Shown: positions 42,315 through 51,446 of the stretch, one piece after another | Numbering within the stretch: the first letter of the stretch is position 1 | Layout of the letters: each line of letters starts with the position of its first letter | Source: an uncultured Cytophagales bacterium | GTDB taxonomy: Bacteria; Bacteroidota; Bacteroidia; Cytophagales; JAAEPT01 | Reading direction: 5' to 3' | NCBI GenBank assembly: GCA_964511645.1 | Contig: CAZEGV010000001.1 | Span: forward strand, 11,343-75,342 | Length of the DNA stretch: 64,000 bases | The notes under the pieces: generated by a model | Database searches by the model: none | The model's input: the letters and a program-made list of their open reading frames with translations, nothing else | What the model was told of the DNA's origin: nothing | Position numbers and translations under genes: made by a program

Positions 42315-42322
42315 TATATTTG
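42315..42322 (+). promoter_or_regulatory. Bacteroidota -7 promoter element for the island gene
   Basis: TATATTTG 13 nt before the ATG at 42336. Confidence 0.45.
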
Positions 42323-42335
42323 AAATAAAACATAA

Positions 42336-44165
42336 ATGAAAGTAAAATTAAGTCAGGCAGTAAAAATGTTTTTTGGAAATTCATCATTAGAAATGGTGTA
42401 TTTTGAAGCAATTGCTAATGCATTAGATGCTAATGCAACTGATATATTTATTAAAATTTCAGTAAAGGCATTGAATAAACATGAGACTTTAAAAATTGAA
42501 ATTTCAGATAACGGGGATGGATTTACTGATGATAGATATAAGAAATTTTCTAACTTATTTGATGTAGATGAAAGTTCACATAAAGGACTAGGTAGATTAG
42601 TCTACCTATGCTATTTTGAAAATGTTACAATAACAAGTTATTATAACAATGTCAATAAAAGAGAGTTTGACTTTTCTGATGGTTTTGAAGAAAAAAAATG
42701 TAAAATAACAAGTGTTAGCAAAACCGATTCAGGCACTACATTTAAAATGGGGAATTATGCTCTTCAAAAGATTGCAAAAGGGGAATACATCGATCCAAAA
42801 AAATAAAACAACGTATCTTAGAAGAGTTTTATTCTAGATTGTTTCATTTTAAAAAGGAAAAACAACCTATTACAATACGTGTTGAGGCAATCATAGAAGA
42901 CCATGTAACTGAAGTGATTTTGAACAATTCTGATATTCCTGAATTTAAAATGATGGAGATGTCTAGTTCATTAAATTTTATCGATAAGTTTGATTTATAC
43001 TATTCTATTAAAGAAGTTGATCCTATAGATTCTTCCTTATTAGCAGCAATATCTGTTGATAATAGAACAGTAAAAGTTGATTTAGTAGCCGATGAAAATA
43101 AACCATTAGGTTATGAAATGGTATTCCTTTTATATTCTGATTACTTCAAAGGAAAAGTAGATGCAACTAGACAAAATCTTACCGTATCGAAACAAGAACT
43201 AAAAAACATTCAAACGTTATTAAGAAATGAAGTAGTTTCTATAATAGAAGCAACTGTACCGTCAATTAAAAAAAGAAACAAAGAAACAAGAAATGGTCTA
43301 GTAAATAAATACCCCCATTTGAGTGGCTATTTTGACACTGGAAATATTGGTTACATTTCTCGTACTGAAATTTTGAAAAAAGCTCAAGATGATTTTTTTA
43401 AAATACAGAAAGAGCTTTTAGATGCGACATCTTTAACTGATGAGCAATTTGAAAAATCTATAGAAGTTTCTTCTAGAGCTTTAACCGAATATATTCTGTT
43501 TAGACAAATGACAATTGAAAAACTAAAAAAATCAACCTCTAGTAATAGTGAAGCTGAGCTTCATAAACTTTTTACATCAATGAGAAGGGAAATTTGAAAA
43601 AAAGAATCTCTCAGATGATTTATACAGAAACAATGCTTGGTTGTTAGATGATAAGTATATGACATACGAAACGATACTGAGTGACCGAGAGATGGGTGAG
43701 TTAGTTCAGGTAATTACTGATGAAGAAAAAATAGCAGATGATAATAGACCCGATATTGCTTTAATATTTTCCAATAACCCTGCAAATAAAAAACCATTTG
43801 ACGTTGTCATTGTGGAACTTAAAAAAAGAGGGATTTCACTTGAAGAAAACATGAAGGTTGTGACTCAACTAGAAAAAAGAGCTCGAAAATTAATGAAACA
43901 CTATAACAATCAAATACAACGAATTTGGTTTTACGGAATTATTGAGTTTAATAAAGATGTTGAAATGCAATTAGCTGGAGAGTACACGGAATTGTATTCA
44001 TCCGGTAAGATGTATTACAGAGAAACAAATGTAGCGATTTCTTTAGAGCCTAAAATCACACTTCCTATTGGTGTATTCATATGGGATTTAGATGCTGTTA
44101 TAGGAGATGCGGATTCACGAAACTCAGCTTTCTTAAATCTAATTAAAAGTAAAATTACTGAATAA
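42336..44165 (+). pseudogene. GHKL (MutL/MORC-like) ATPase fused to a PD-(D/E)xK-type nuclease, split into three ORFs by two frameshifts
   Basis: EAIANALDA, DNGDGF, KGLGR and GTT GHKL motifs; RPDI...VIVELKK nuclease motif; frames rejoin at about 42803 (-1) and about 43586 (+1). Confidence 0.75.
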
Positions 44166-44330
44166 ATCACGGTAGGAAAAGACTCATACGTAATACGGGG
44201 TTTAGTTTATCGTAAATTGAAAGTACACCTATCTTTGGATTACAAAACCCCAAATTTGGTGTATCAGTAAGTGAAAATAATTAGTGTAACCTGTAGCTGT
44301 ATTTTAAGACAAGACATACACACAATATTG

Positions 44331-44346
44331 TCGTGATTCCAAAACA
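44331..44346 (+). repeat. 16-bp direct repeat, left copy
   Basis: TCGTGATTCCAAAACA, identical to 45520-45535. Confidence 0.85.
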
Positions 44347-44381
44347 TAGGCGAAAACCCCCTCCTAATTATTTTTTATCGC

Positions 44382-44404
44382 AAATTATACAATTTGTATA
44401 ATTT
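44382..44404. promoter_or_regulatory. Palindromic operator candidate
   Basis: AAATTATACAA-T-TTGTATAATTT perfect inverted repeat, 36 nt upstream of the GTG at 44441. Confidence 0.6.
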
Positions 44405-44440
44405 TATTGCTTACCTTTACGTATATAAAAGAAACCACAA

Positions 44441-44955
44441 GTGAAGGTTAAACTAATAGAGATTAAAAGCAATAAGATTTTAAATGCTACAATTATAAGT
44501 AAAGGAAATCTTATACCAGTTTACCTTCTTTTAATGATGGATGGAGGTTTAGCTTTGGTAAGCACTCAAAAAAGAAAAACTTTCAGACCTATGCTTTAAT
44601 ATGTGACAATAGTCCACAAACCATAGAGGGTTGTTTGATTTTTGAAATGAAAGATAGCAAAGAACCATATATGGCATATATAGAAGTTGCACCAATCAAT
44701 AAAGGTGGAAATAAAGAAAAAGAGAATGTAGCAGCCTGTCTAATTGCCTTTGCTTGTAGACTTAGTTTTATAAACGGAGAAGATGATTACCAAGGTTGGC
44801 TCGCATTTGATGTTTTAGAAGAATCTAAAGAAGATGAAACAAAGTTAATGGCAATGTATTCGAAAAAATATTACGCATTAAAATTTAGCGAAACAACAAT
44901 GGTAATTCCACCAAAAGGTGGAGAAATATTAATTAATGAATTTCTAAACTCATAA
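44441..44955 (+). pseudogene. GNAT-like acetyltransferase (putative toxin), frameshifted near the 5' end
   Basis: GTG 44441 frame (VKVKLIEIK...) must shift by -1 between 44503 and 44520 to reach LPSFNDGWRF...IEGCLIF...YIEVAP.N...VAACLIAFACRLSF...KLMAMYSKKY. Confidence 0.55.
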
Positions 44956-44957
44956 TT

Positions 44958-45425
44958 ATGAATTATAAAGAAATAGAATTGAAAGAAGTTTTGGATGACG
45001 AAAAAAGAAATGATTTAAAAAGCTTTATTTCTAATCATTCAAAAAAGCAATCTAAAGACAGATTATTGGCGAATAAATTATTATCGATACAATATCGAAT
45101 GGAAGATTACATTGGAAATGAAAATAATCAAAACGAAGTTTTTAAAATTCTTGATTTCGTAAAGATGTATTTAAAAGTATTAAACATTACTAAAAAAAGT
45201 CTTGCAAAATACTTTGAAATGGAGGATAGTAATCTTCATAAATATTTATCAGGGGAAAGAAAACTAAACGCTGAACTTGCTGTTAAATTAAGTTCTTTTT
45301 CTCATACAAAACCTGAACAATGGTATCGAGTTCAAATAAAAAATGAGCTTATTAAGTTTAAAAAAGAACAAAAAAATATAGATGATTTTAAAAAGTATGA
45401 CTTTAAAAACTTTGTTAGTGCTTAA
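44958..45425 (+). CDS. XRE/HigA-like HTH protein (putative antitoxin)
   Basis: ITKKSLAKYFEMEDSNLHKYLSGERKLNAELAVKL HTH and W.R.Q motif; starts 2 nt after the GNAT-like stop. Confidence 0.8.
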   Translation: MNYKEIELKEVLDDEKRNDLKSFISNHSKKQSKDRLLANKLLSIQYRMEDYIGNENNQNEVFKILDFVKMYLKVLNITKKSLAKYFEMEDSNLHKYLSGERKLNAELAVKLSSFSHTKPEQWYRVQIKNELIKFKKEQKNIDDFKKYDFKNFVSA

Positions 45426-45519
45426 ATAACTTTTGCCAATCGAGTAGACGGTACCAACTAGCCTACAAGAGATTTTCCTCTAGTATCTAGAGGTCTCTTT
45501 GATACATCGCTAACTGGGT

Positions 45520-45535
45520 TCGTGATTCCAAAACA
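45520..45535 (+). repeat. 16-bp direct repeat, right copy
   Basis: TCGTGATTCCAAAACA, lying between two hairpins (45467-45499 and 45541-45577). Confidence 0.85.
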
Positions 45536-45718
45536 CAAGTAAAAATTACACTCGTATTTAGAACGAGGGTAATTTTTCACTCGTTGCCTCCTTAATTTTA
45601 GCAACAAACACAAAATAGTGAATAAGTCATTTTAACATTCTCTCCTTTTTATTTCTGTATTTCCTAAAATCAAAGTACTTTTGGCTTGCTGTTTACAAAG
45701 TGGTAGGCTAGTTATTAC

Positions 45719-45898
45719 GGCATAGGGATAGAGCGGTTTGTTTGAAATCCTTTTGTTATTTTTATAATTTGTCCATACTAAGCTTATTTGTATCACATTG
45801 AGCTTTTCGAAATGTCAAAAAATTATAAAAACAACAAAAGATTGAGTAGCGAAAGCCCGACCTATACTGACTGAGAAGGAAGTATAGGGATGCTCCAA
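45719..45898 (+). repeat. Structured intergenic repeat copy E6 (expanded), upstream of leuS
   Basis: GGCATAGGGATAGAGCGG...GAGTAGCGAAAGCCCGACC...GGGATGCTCCAA with 21-bp inner arms enclosing 49 nt. Confidence 0.8.
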
Positions 45899-45930
45899 AA
45901 AAAAAGAATAATACTTCAATACGATATATC

Positions 45931-48699
45931 ATGAGTGAATATAATTTTAGTGCTTTAGAGAAAAAATGGCAATCTTACTGGAAAGAAAATAATACCTTTA
46001 AGACTTTAGATAAATCTGATAAACCTAAATTTTATGCTTTAAGTATGTTCCCCTACCCTTCTGGGGCTGGGCTTCATGTGGGGCATCCGCTAGGTTATAT
46101 TGCTTCGGATATTGTTGCGAGATATAAACGCTTACAGGGTTATAATGTACTTCACCCAATGGGGTTTGATGCTTTTGGATTACCTGCTGAGCAATACGCT
46201 ATCCAAACGGGGCAACATCCAGCGGTAACAACTGAAGAAAACCTAAACCGATACAAACAGCAGCTAGATAATATTGGTTTCTCTTACGATTGGAGTAGAG
46301 AAATCCGCACTACGGATACTTCGTATTATAAATTTACACAATGGATATTTATTCAGTTATTTGGTTCTTGGTACAATAAATCGAATAATAAAGCTGAAAA
46401 AATTGATGTTTTGATTGCTAAGTTTGAGACAACTGGTAGCCAAAACATTAAAGCTGTTTGTACTGAAAAAACTCCTTCTTTTACTGAGGATGAGTGGAAG
46501 GGTTTTTCTGAAAAGAAACAACAGAATATTTTACTCGATTATAGATTGGCTTATTTATCTGAGGCTTTGGTGAACTGGTGTCCTAAATTAGGCTGTGTAT
46601 TGGCTAATGATGAGATTAAAGATGGGGTATCTGAGAGAGGTGGATATCCCGTAGAGCAGAAAAAAATGAGGCAATGGTCTTTGCGTATTACTGCTTACGC
46701 AGAAAGATTACTTGAAGGACTAAAAGAATTGGAATGGAGTGATGCGATTAAGGAGATTCAAAAAAATTGGATTGGGGAATCTCATGGGTGTTCGCTAAAG
46801 TTTCAGGTAGAGAACAGCGATATTGAGTTAGAAGTGTTTACTACTAGGATTGATACTATTTTTGGGATTACTTATGTAAGCATAGCCCCTGAGCATGAAT
46901 TGATAAATCAATTAACCTCTACTGAACAAAAAAAGGTTGTAGAAAAATATGTAATTCAGGCTCAATCAAAATCAGAAAGAGATAGACAGGCAGATGTAAA
47001 AACAATTTCAGGAGTATTTTCTGGCTCTTACGTTTTTCACCCAATTACCGGTAAAAAACTACCAATCTGGGTAGCTGATTATGTCTTAGCAAGTTACGGC
47101 ACTGGTGTTGTGATGGCTGTCCCATCTTCTGATGAGCGAGATTATAAATTTGCCAATCATTTTGATTTGCCAATTATACAGGTACAAGAGGGAAATAAAA
47201 CAGATATAAGCTTAAATGATTTTGATGCTAAGGCTGGCACAATGATTAACTCTGACTTCTTGAATGGATTGAGTGTAAATGACGCTATCAAAAAATCCAT
47301 AGAGTATGTAGAAAACAATCAGCTAGGCACTTCAAAAATCAATTATAAGCTACGTGACGCTGTATTTGGTAGACAAAGATACTGGGGAGAGCCTATTCCT
47401 ATTTATTATAAAGATGGGATTCCATATACAATAGATGAAAAAGACCTACCACTTAGCCTACCCAAAATAGACAATTACAAACCTACAGAGACTGGTGAGC
47501 CTCCACTAAGCAGAGCTGATAACTGGACTACAAAAGAGGGGCATCCTTATGAGTTAACAACAATGCCTGGTTGGGCTGGTTCTAGTTGGTATTATTTTAG
47601 GTATATGGATAATAATAACCCAAGCGATTTTGCATCAAAAGAAGCTTTAGCATATTGGCAAGATGTAGATTTGTATCTTGGTGGTGCTGAACATGCAACT
47701 GGTCACTTGCTTTACTCTCGTTTTTGGAACTTATTTTTGTATGATTTAGGATTTGTTCCTAAAGCTGAGGTTTTTAAGAGAATGGTGAATCAAGGAATGA
47801 TTCAGGGACGCTCTAGCTTTGTGTATAGGGTAAATGACACTAATCAGTTTGTGTCTTATAATTTAAGAAAGGAATACCGCACTACTCGATTGTATGTAGA
47901 TGTTTCTTTTGTAAAAAATGATACGCTTGACACTAATAAGTTTAAAGCTTGGCGTGAAGAGTACCAAGATGCTGAATTTATCTTGGAAGACGGGAAATAC
48001 ATTTGCGGAAGCGAGGTAGAGAAAATGTCTAAATCTAAGTATAATGTAATCAATCCTGATGACATCATCTCAGAATATGGGGCAGATACTTTACGTTTAT
48101 ACGAGATGTTTTTAGGTCCTCTTGAGCAATCTAAACCTTGGAGTACAAAAGGGATTGAAGGTGTGTATAAGTTTTTGAAGAAACTTTGGAGATTATACAC
48201 CAATGAAGAAGGGAAAATCAATGATGAAAATCCTTCTAAAGAAGAACTAAAGATACTACACGGTACTATCAAAAAAATAAATCGAGACATTGATACCTTA
48301 TCATTAAATACTTCTGTGAGTAATTTCATGATTTGTGTAAATGAATTAACTACCCTTAAATGTAATAAACGTGCTATACTAGAGCCATTATGCATCGCTA
48401 TATCACCTTATGCACCTCATATAGCTGAAGAATTATGGAACATGATGGGACATCAAAAATCAATTTCAAATGCTCAATTCCCTAGCTATAACGAAGCTTA
48501 TCTGCAAGAAAGTGATCATGAATACCCTATTATGATGAATGGAAAAATGCGTACTAAAATCAAATTCCCATTAGATAAACCCAAAGAAGAAATTGAAAAA
48601 GAAGTATTAGAAAATGACATTGTCAAAAAATGGTTAGATGGAAAATCTCCAAAAAAACTCATCGTTGTACCTAAAAAAATCATCAACGTTGTCATGTAG
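45931..48699 (+). CDS. leuS: Leucine-tRNA ligase
   Basis: [14 protein letters not shown] (HIGH), GTGVVMAVP editing domain, KMSKS. Confidence 0.97.
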   Translation: MSEYNFSALEKKWQSYWKENNTFKTLDKSDKPKFYALSMFPYPSGAGLHVGHPLGYIASDIVARYKRLQGYNVLHPMGFDAFGLPAEQYAIQTGQHPAVTTEENLNRYKQQLDNIGFSYDWSREIRTTDTSYYKFTQWIFIQLFGSWYNKSNNKAEKIDVLIAKFETTGSQNIKAVCTEKTPSFTEDEWKGFSEKKQQNILLDYRLAYLSEALVNWCPKLGCVLANDEIKDGVSERGGYPVEQKKMRQWSLRITAYAERLLEGLKELEWSDAIKEIQKNWIGESHGCSLKFQVENSDIELEVFTTRIDTIFGITYVSIAPEHELINQLTSTEQKKVVEKYVIQAQSKSERDRQADVKTISGVFSGSYVFHPITGKKLPIWVADYVLASYGTGVVMAVPSSDERDYKFANHFDLPIIQVQEGNKTDISLNDFDAKAGTMINSDFLNGLSVNDAIKKSIEYVENNQLGTSKINYKLRDAVFGRQRYWGEPIPIYYKDGIPYTIDEKDLPLSLPKIDNYKPTETGEPPLSRADNWTTKEGHPYELTTMPGWAGSSWYYFRYMDNNNPSDFASKEALAYWQDVDLYLGGAEHATGHLLYSRFWNLFLYDLGFVPKAEVFKRMVNQGMIQGRSSFVYRVNDTNQFVSYNLRKEYRTTRLYVDVSFVKNDTLDTNKFKAWREEYQDAEFILEDGKYICGSEVEKMSKSKYNVINPDDIISEYGADTLRLYEMFLGPLEQSKPWSTKGIEGVYKFLKKLWRLYTNEEGKINDENPSKEELKILHGTIKKINRDIDTLSLNTSVSNFMICVNELTTLKCNKRAILEPLCIAISPYAPHIAEELWNMMGHQKSISNAQFPSYNEAYLQESDHEYPIMMNGKMRTKIKFPLDKPKEEIEKEVLENDIVKKWLDGKSPKKLIVVPKKIINVVM

Positions 48700-48768
48700 A
48701 TAGCTCTTTTGGTTTTATTATAAAATAATTTTATCTATATTTGGTTTCCTTGGTAAATAAATAACAAT

Positions 48769-50055
48769 ATGAAACATATAATTCTCTTATTCATTTTCTG
48801 TTTTTCTACGTTCAGTAGTTTCTCACAGAGTAATCCTTCTAAAGAAGGAAAAAAGAAAAAACTAGAAGTCATTGGATACTATGCCAATTGGCAACATTAC
48901 AAGCGTAGCAATCTATTTGTGCATACTAAGGCGGATTTTAGCAAATATACTATTATCAATTATGCCTTTATGTCACCTGATGCCAACGGCACTATCGTGC
49001 AAAATGACCCTACCAGTGATGCAGTATTACTAGAAGGTGAAATTGACTGGGACAATACAGAAGATCCTGAAAACCCTGCTTATGTACCTTATACTAATAT
49101 GGTATCTACTTGCCACGCAGTGGGTACAAAAGTGATGATGTCACTTGGTGGTTGGACATTGTCTACTTATTTCCCAGGTGTAGCAGCAGATGCGAAAAAA
49201 CGCTCTCACTTTGCAGGTGAATGTAAGAGGATTTGTAGAAAATGGGATTTGGATGGAATTGATGTTGACTGGGAGTTTCCTGGTGCTAAATCTTCAAATG
49301 GCACAATTGGTGGACCTGATGACACAAAAAACTTCAATTTAATGATGGCTGAAATCCGTGATTCGTTAAATGTACTGGAAAAAACAACAAACAAAGATTA
49401 TTTATTAACTGCGGCATTTCACTCTGTACCTTCTTTGGCTAAACACATTGATTGGAAATGGGCAGCTGAAAACTTAGACTATATCAACCTATTTGGTTAT
49501 GATTTTTACGGTGCTTGGAATGATAAAGCAATTTCTCAAGCCCCTTTATATGCACCAGAGTGTGGGGAAGAAAATGTCAATCAACACGACGGAATGATGT
49601 TATTGATTGACAAGTATAAAGTACCTCGTGAAAAAATAATTTTAGGCATTGGTTTTTACGGTAGGTCTCTAACAGGATTTAAAGGTGAAGTAGCATTATG
49701 TGCACTTCATACACCTGATGAAGTTGATACCGAAATATTTGCCTTAGAAGAAGGTACACCATCATACTTCTCTATACTTAGGTACATGAGCTTATTTGAA
49801 AGAAAATGGGATGAAAAAGGACAAGTACCTTACCTTGTTGGTAAAAATGTAAAAACATTTGTAGGTTATGACGACCAACTATCTGTAAGACTTAAAGCAG
49901 AACATATTATTAACGAAGGTTGTGCAGGATGTCTTATTTGGGATGTAGCACAAGACTGGGTTGAAGTACCAATCGGATCAGGTCAAGTATTTGACACACC
50001 ATTAATCAATGTTATTAACGAAGTGTTTTATTTAGAAAATAATTACACCAGATAG
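48769..50055 (+). CDS. GH18 chitinase-like glycoside hydrolase (signal peptide, no T9SS CTD)
   Basis: IGYYANW, INYAF, SLGGW, LDGIDVDWEFP catalytic DxxDxDxE, GYDFYGAW. Confidence 0.9.
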   Translation: MKHIILLFIFCFSTFSSFSQSNPSKEGKKKKLEVIGYYANWQHYKRSNLFVHTKADFSKYTIINYAFMSPDANGTIVQNDPTSDAVLLEGEIDWDNTEDPENPAYVPYTNMVSTCHAVGTKVMMSLGGWTLSTYFPGVAADAKKRSHFAGECKRICRKWDLDGIDVDWEFPGAKSSNGTIGGPDDTKNFNLMMAEIRDSLNVLEKTTNKDYLLTAAFHSVPSLAKHIDWKWAAENLDYINLFGYDFYGAWNDKAISQAPLYAPECGEENVNQHDGMMLLIDKYKVPREKIILGIGFYGRSLTGFKGEVALCALHTPDEVDTEIFALEEGTPSYFSILRYMSLFERKWDEKGQVPYLVGKNVKTFVGYDDQLSVRLKAEHIINEGCAGCLIWDVAQDWVEVPIGSGQVFDTPLINVINEVFYLENNYTR

Positions 50056-50070
50056 TAAATCACTACTTAC

Positions 50071-50100
50071 AAAAAAATAGTCCAATGGACTATTTTTTTT
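50071..50100 (+). terminator. Intrinsic terminator
   Basis: AAAAAATAGTCC-aat-GGACTATTTTTT. Confidence 0.8.
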
Positions 50101-50127
50101 ATCTGATTCCTATAAACTTCCTAAGTT

Positions 50128-51078
50128 ATGAAAAAAATATTATTACTAATAATTACATTAACATCGTTAAATGCTATTTCTCAGGATATAAATATTCCTG
50201 ATGTTAATTTTAAATTATACTTACTCAACAATCCTTATCTTAATACTAATAATGATAAGGAAATACAACTGAGCGAAGCTACAAGCTACTCAGGAGAAAT
50301 TAACTGTGGATATATATCCAATCAAGGATATGATCTAATTAAAGATTTAACAGGTATCGAATATTTTATTTCTCTTACCAGCTTAAGGTGTCATAATAAC
50401 AGACTAACAAAGTTAGATCTTTCACATAATATTGCACTAAGTAAATTAAACTGTGACAAAAATAAATTAACAGAATTAGACTTATCACAAAATCTTAACT
50501 TAACTGTACTACATTGTGGCAGTAATCGATTAAATGTTTTAAATTTATCTCATAATAAAGCTTTAACTACACTAGGTTGTGATAACAACAAAATAGCTAC
50601 ATTGGACTTATCTAGCAGTCTGAACTTAATAAACCTATATTGTCATAATAACCAATTATCTACTTTAAATATTGCAGGGAATAAAAATTTGGAGTACATA
50701 AATTGTTCAAAAAATAAAATTTCAGCTATTAACTTATCTCATCATCAAAACTTGAAAACTTTAGAGTGTGACATCAATCAGTTAATTTCTCTTAACACTT
50801 CTAACTGTACTGACTTAGTTAGTTTACGGTGTACCAAAAATCAACTCAAAAGCTTAGATATTTCACAAAACACTTCACTACTTTTTATCTTATGTGATAA
50901 AAATCAATTAACATATCTAAACGTTGCTAATGGTAATAATTACAATTTTAAAGATTGGGGTTTTAGTGCTAAAAACAATCCAGATTTAGCATGTATTCAA
51001 GTCGATGATAAAAAATACAGTAAGCTAAATTGGCAACAAAAAGACACTCAAGCTAATTATAGCCGTAGGTGTAAATAA
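50128..51078 (+). CDS. Leucine-rich-repeat protein, single module, no T9SS CTD
   Basis: Signal peptide, IPDVNFK N-cap, about 9 copies of the 21-aa LRR, NPDLACIQVDD C-cap then stop. Confidence 0.88.
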   Translation: MKKILLLIITLTSLNAISQDINIPDVNFKLYLLNNPYLNTNNDKEIQLSEATSYSGEINCGYISNQGYDLIKDLTGIEYFISLTSLRCHNNRLTKLDLSHNIALSKLNCDKNKLTELDLSQNLNLTVLHCGSNRLNVLNLSHNKALTTLGCDNNKIATLDLSSSLNLINLYCHNNQLSTLNIAGNKNLEYINCSKNKISAINLSHHQNLKTLECDINQLISLNTSNCTDLVSLRCTKNQLKSLDISQNTSLLFILCDKNQLTYLNVANGNNYNFKDWGFSAKNNPDLACIQVDDKKYSKLNWQQKDTQANYSRRCK

Positions 51079-51079
51079 T

Positions 51080-51423
51080 AAGGTAGGTCATTCTATCGCT
51101 GCAGTCTATGACTGGAGAGGAAAGTCCGGGCAGCACAGAGCATCTTGCTTCCTAACGGGAAGAGTCTTGAGTAATCGAGATATAGAATAGTGCCACAGAA
51201 AATAAACCGCCACTTGTGGTAAGGGTGAAAACGTGAGGTAAGAGCTCACGCATCTTTGTGGTGACATAAAGGTGAGGTAAACCTCAGGAGCTGAAAGACC
51301 AAATAAACCAGCAATTAAGAGTTGCTCGCTCAATGCTGGAGGGTAGGTTGCTTGATTCTAACAGCAATGTTAGGGCTAGATAAATGATAGAACTCGACAG
51401 AACCCGGCTTATCGACCTGCCTT
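51080..51423 (+). ncRNA. rnpB: RNase P RNA (bacterial type A)
   Basis: GAGGAAAGTCCGGG and ACAGAACCCGGCTTAT universal P4 motifs; 5' AAGGTAGGTC pairs with 3' GACCTGCCTT. Confidence 0.97.
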
Positions 51424-51446
51424 ATTATTTTATTATAAAATCAGCT

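Noticed and set aside
45438-45452. AGTAGACGG match to the E1/E8 hairpin module
   Set aside because: Only 9 nt, with no complementary arm and no scaffold; compatible with chance.
42290-45720. Prophage, IS element or integron
   Set aside because: No integrase, transposase, phage gene, flanking tRNA or terminal inverted repeats; the direct repeat lacks attC core/inverse-core geometry.
1586-45898. T-box or tRNA-sensing riboswitch upstream of gatB and leuS
   Set aside because: The same element also precedes a HAD phosphatase, a Nif3-like gene and parB, and occurs antisense or between convergent genes. No T-box consensus, specifier loop or terminator/antiterminator pair is visible.
47856-48395. 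Long antisense ORFs inside leuS, the SRPBCC-like gene (52842-53507) and others
   Set aside because: They are shadows of well-supported sense genes, with low-complexity translations and no motifs.
51106-51333. 75-aa minus-strand ORF
   Set aside because: It lies entirely within the RNase P RNA gene.
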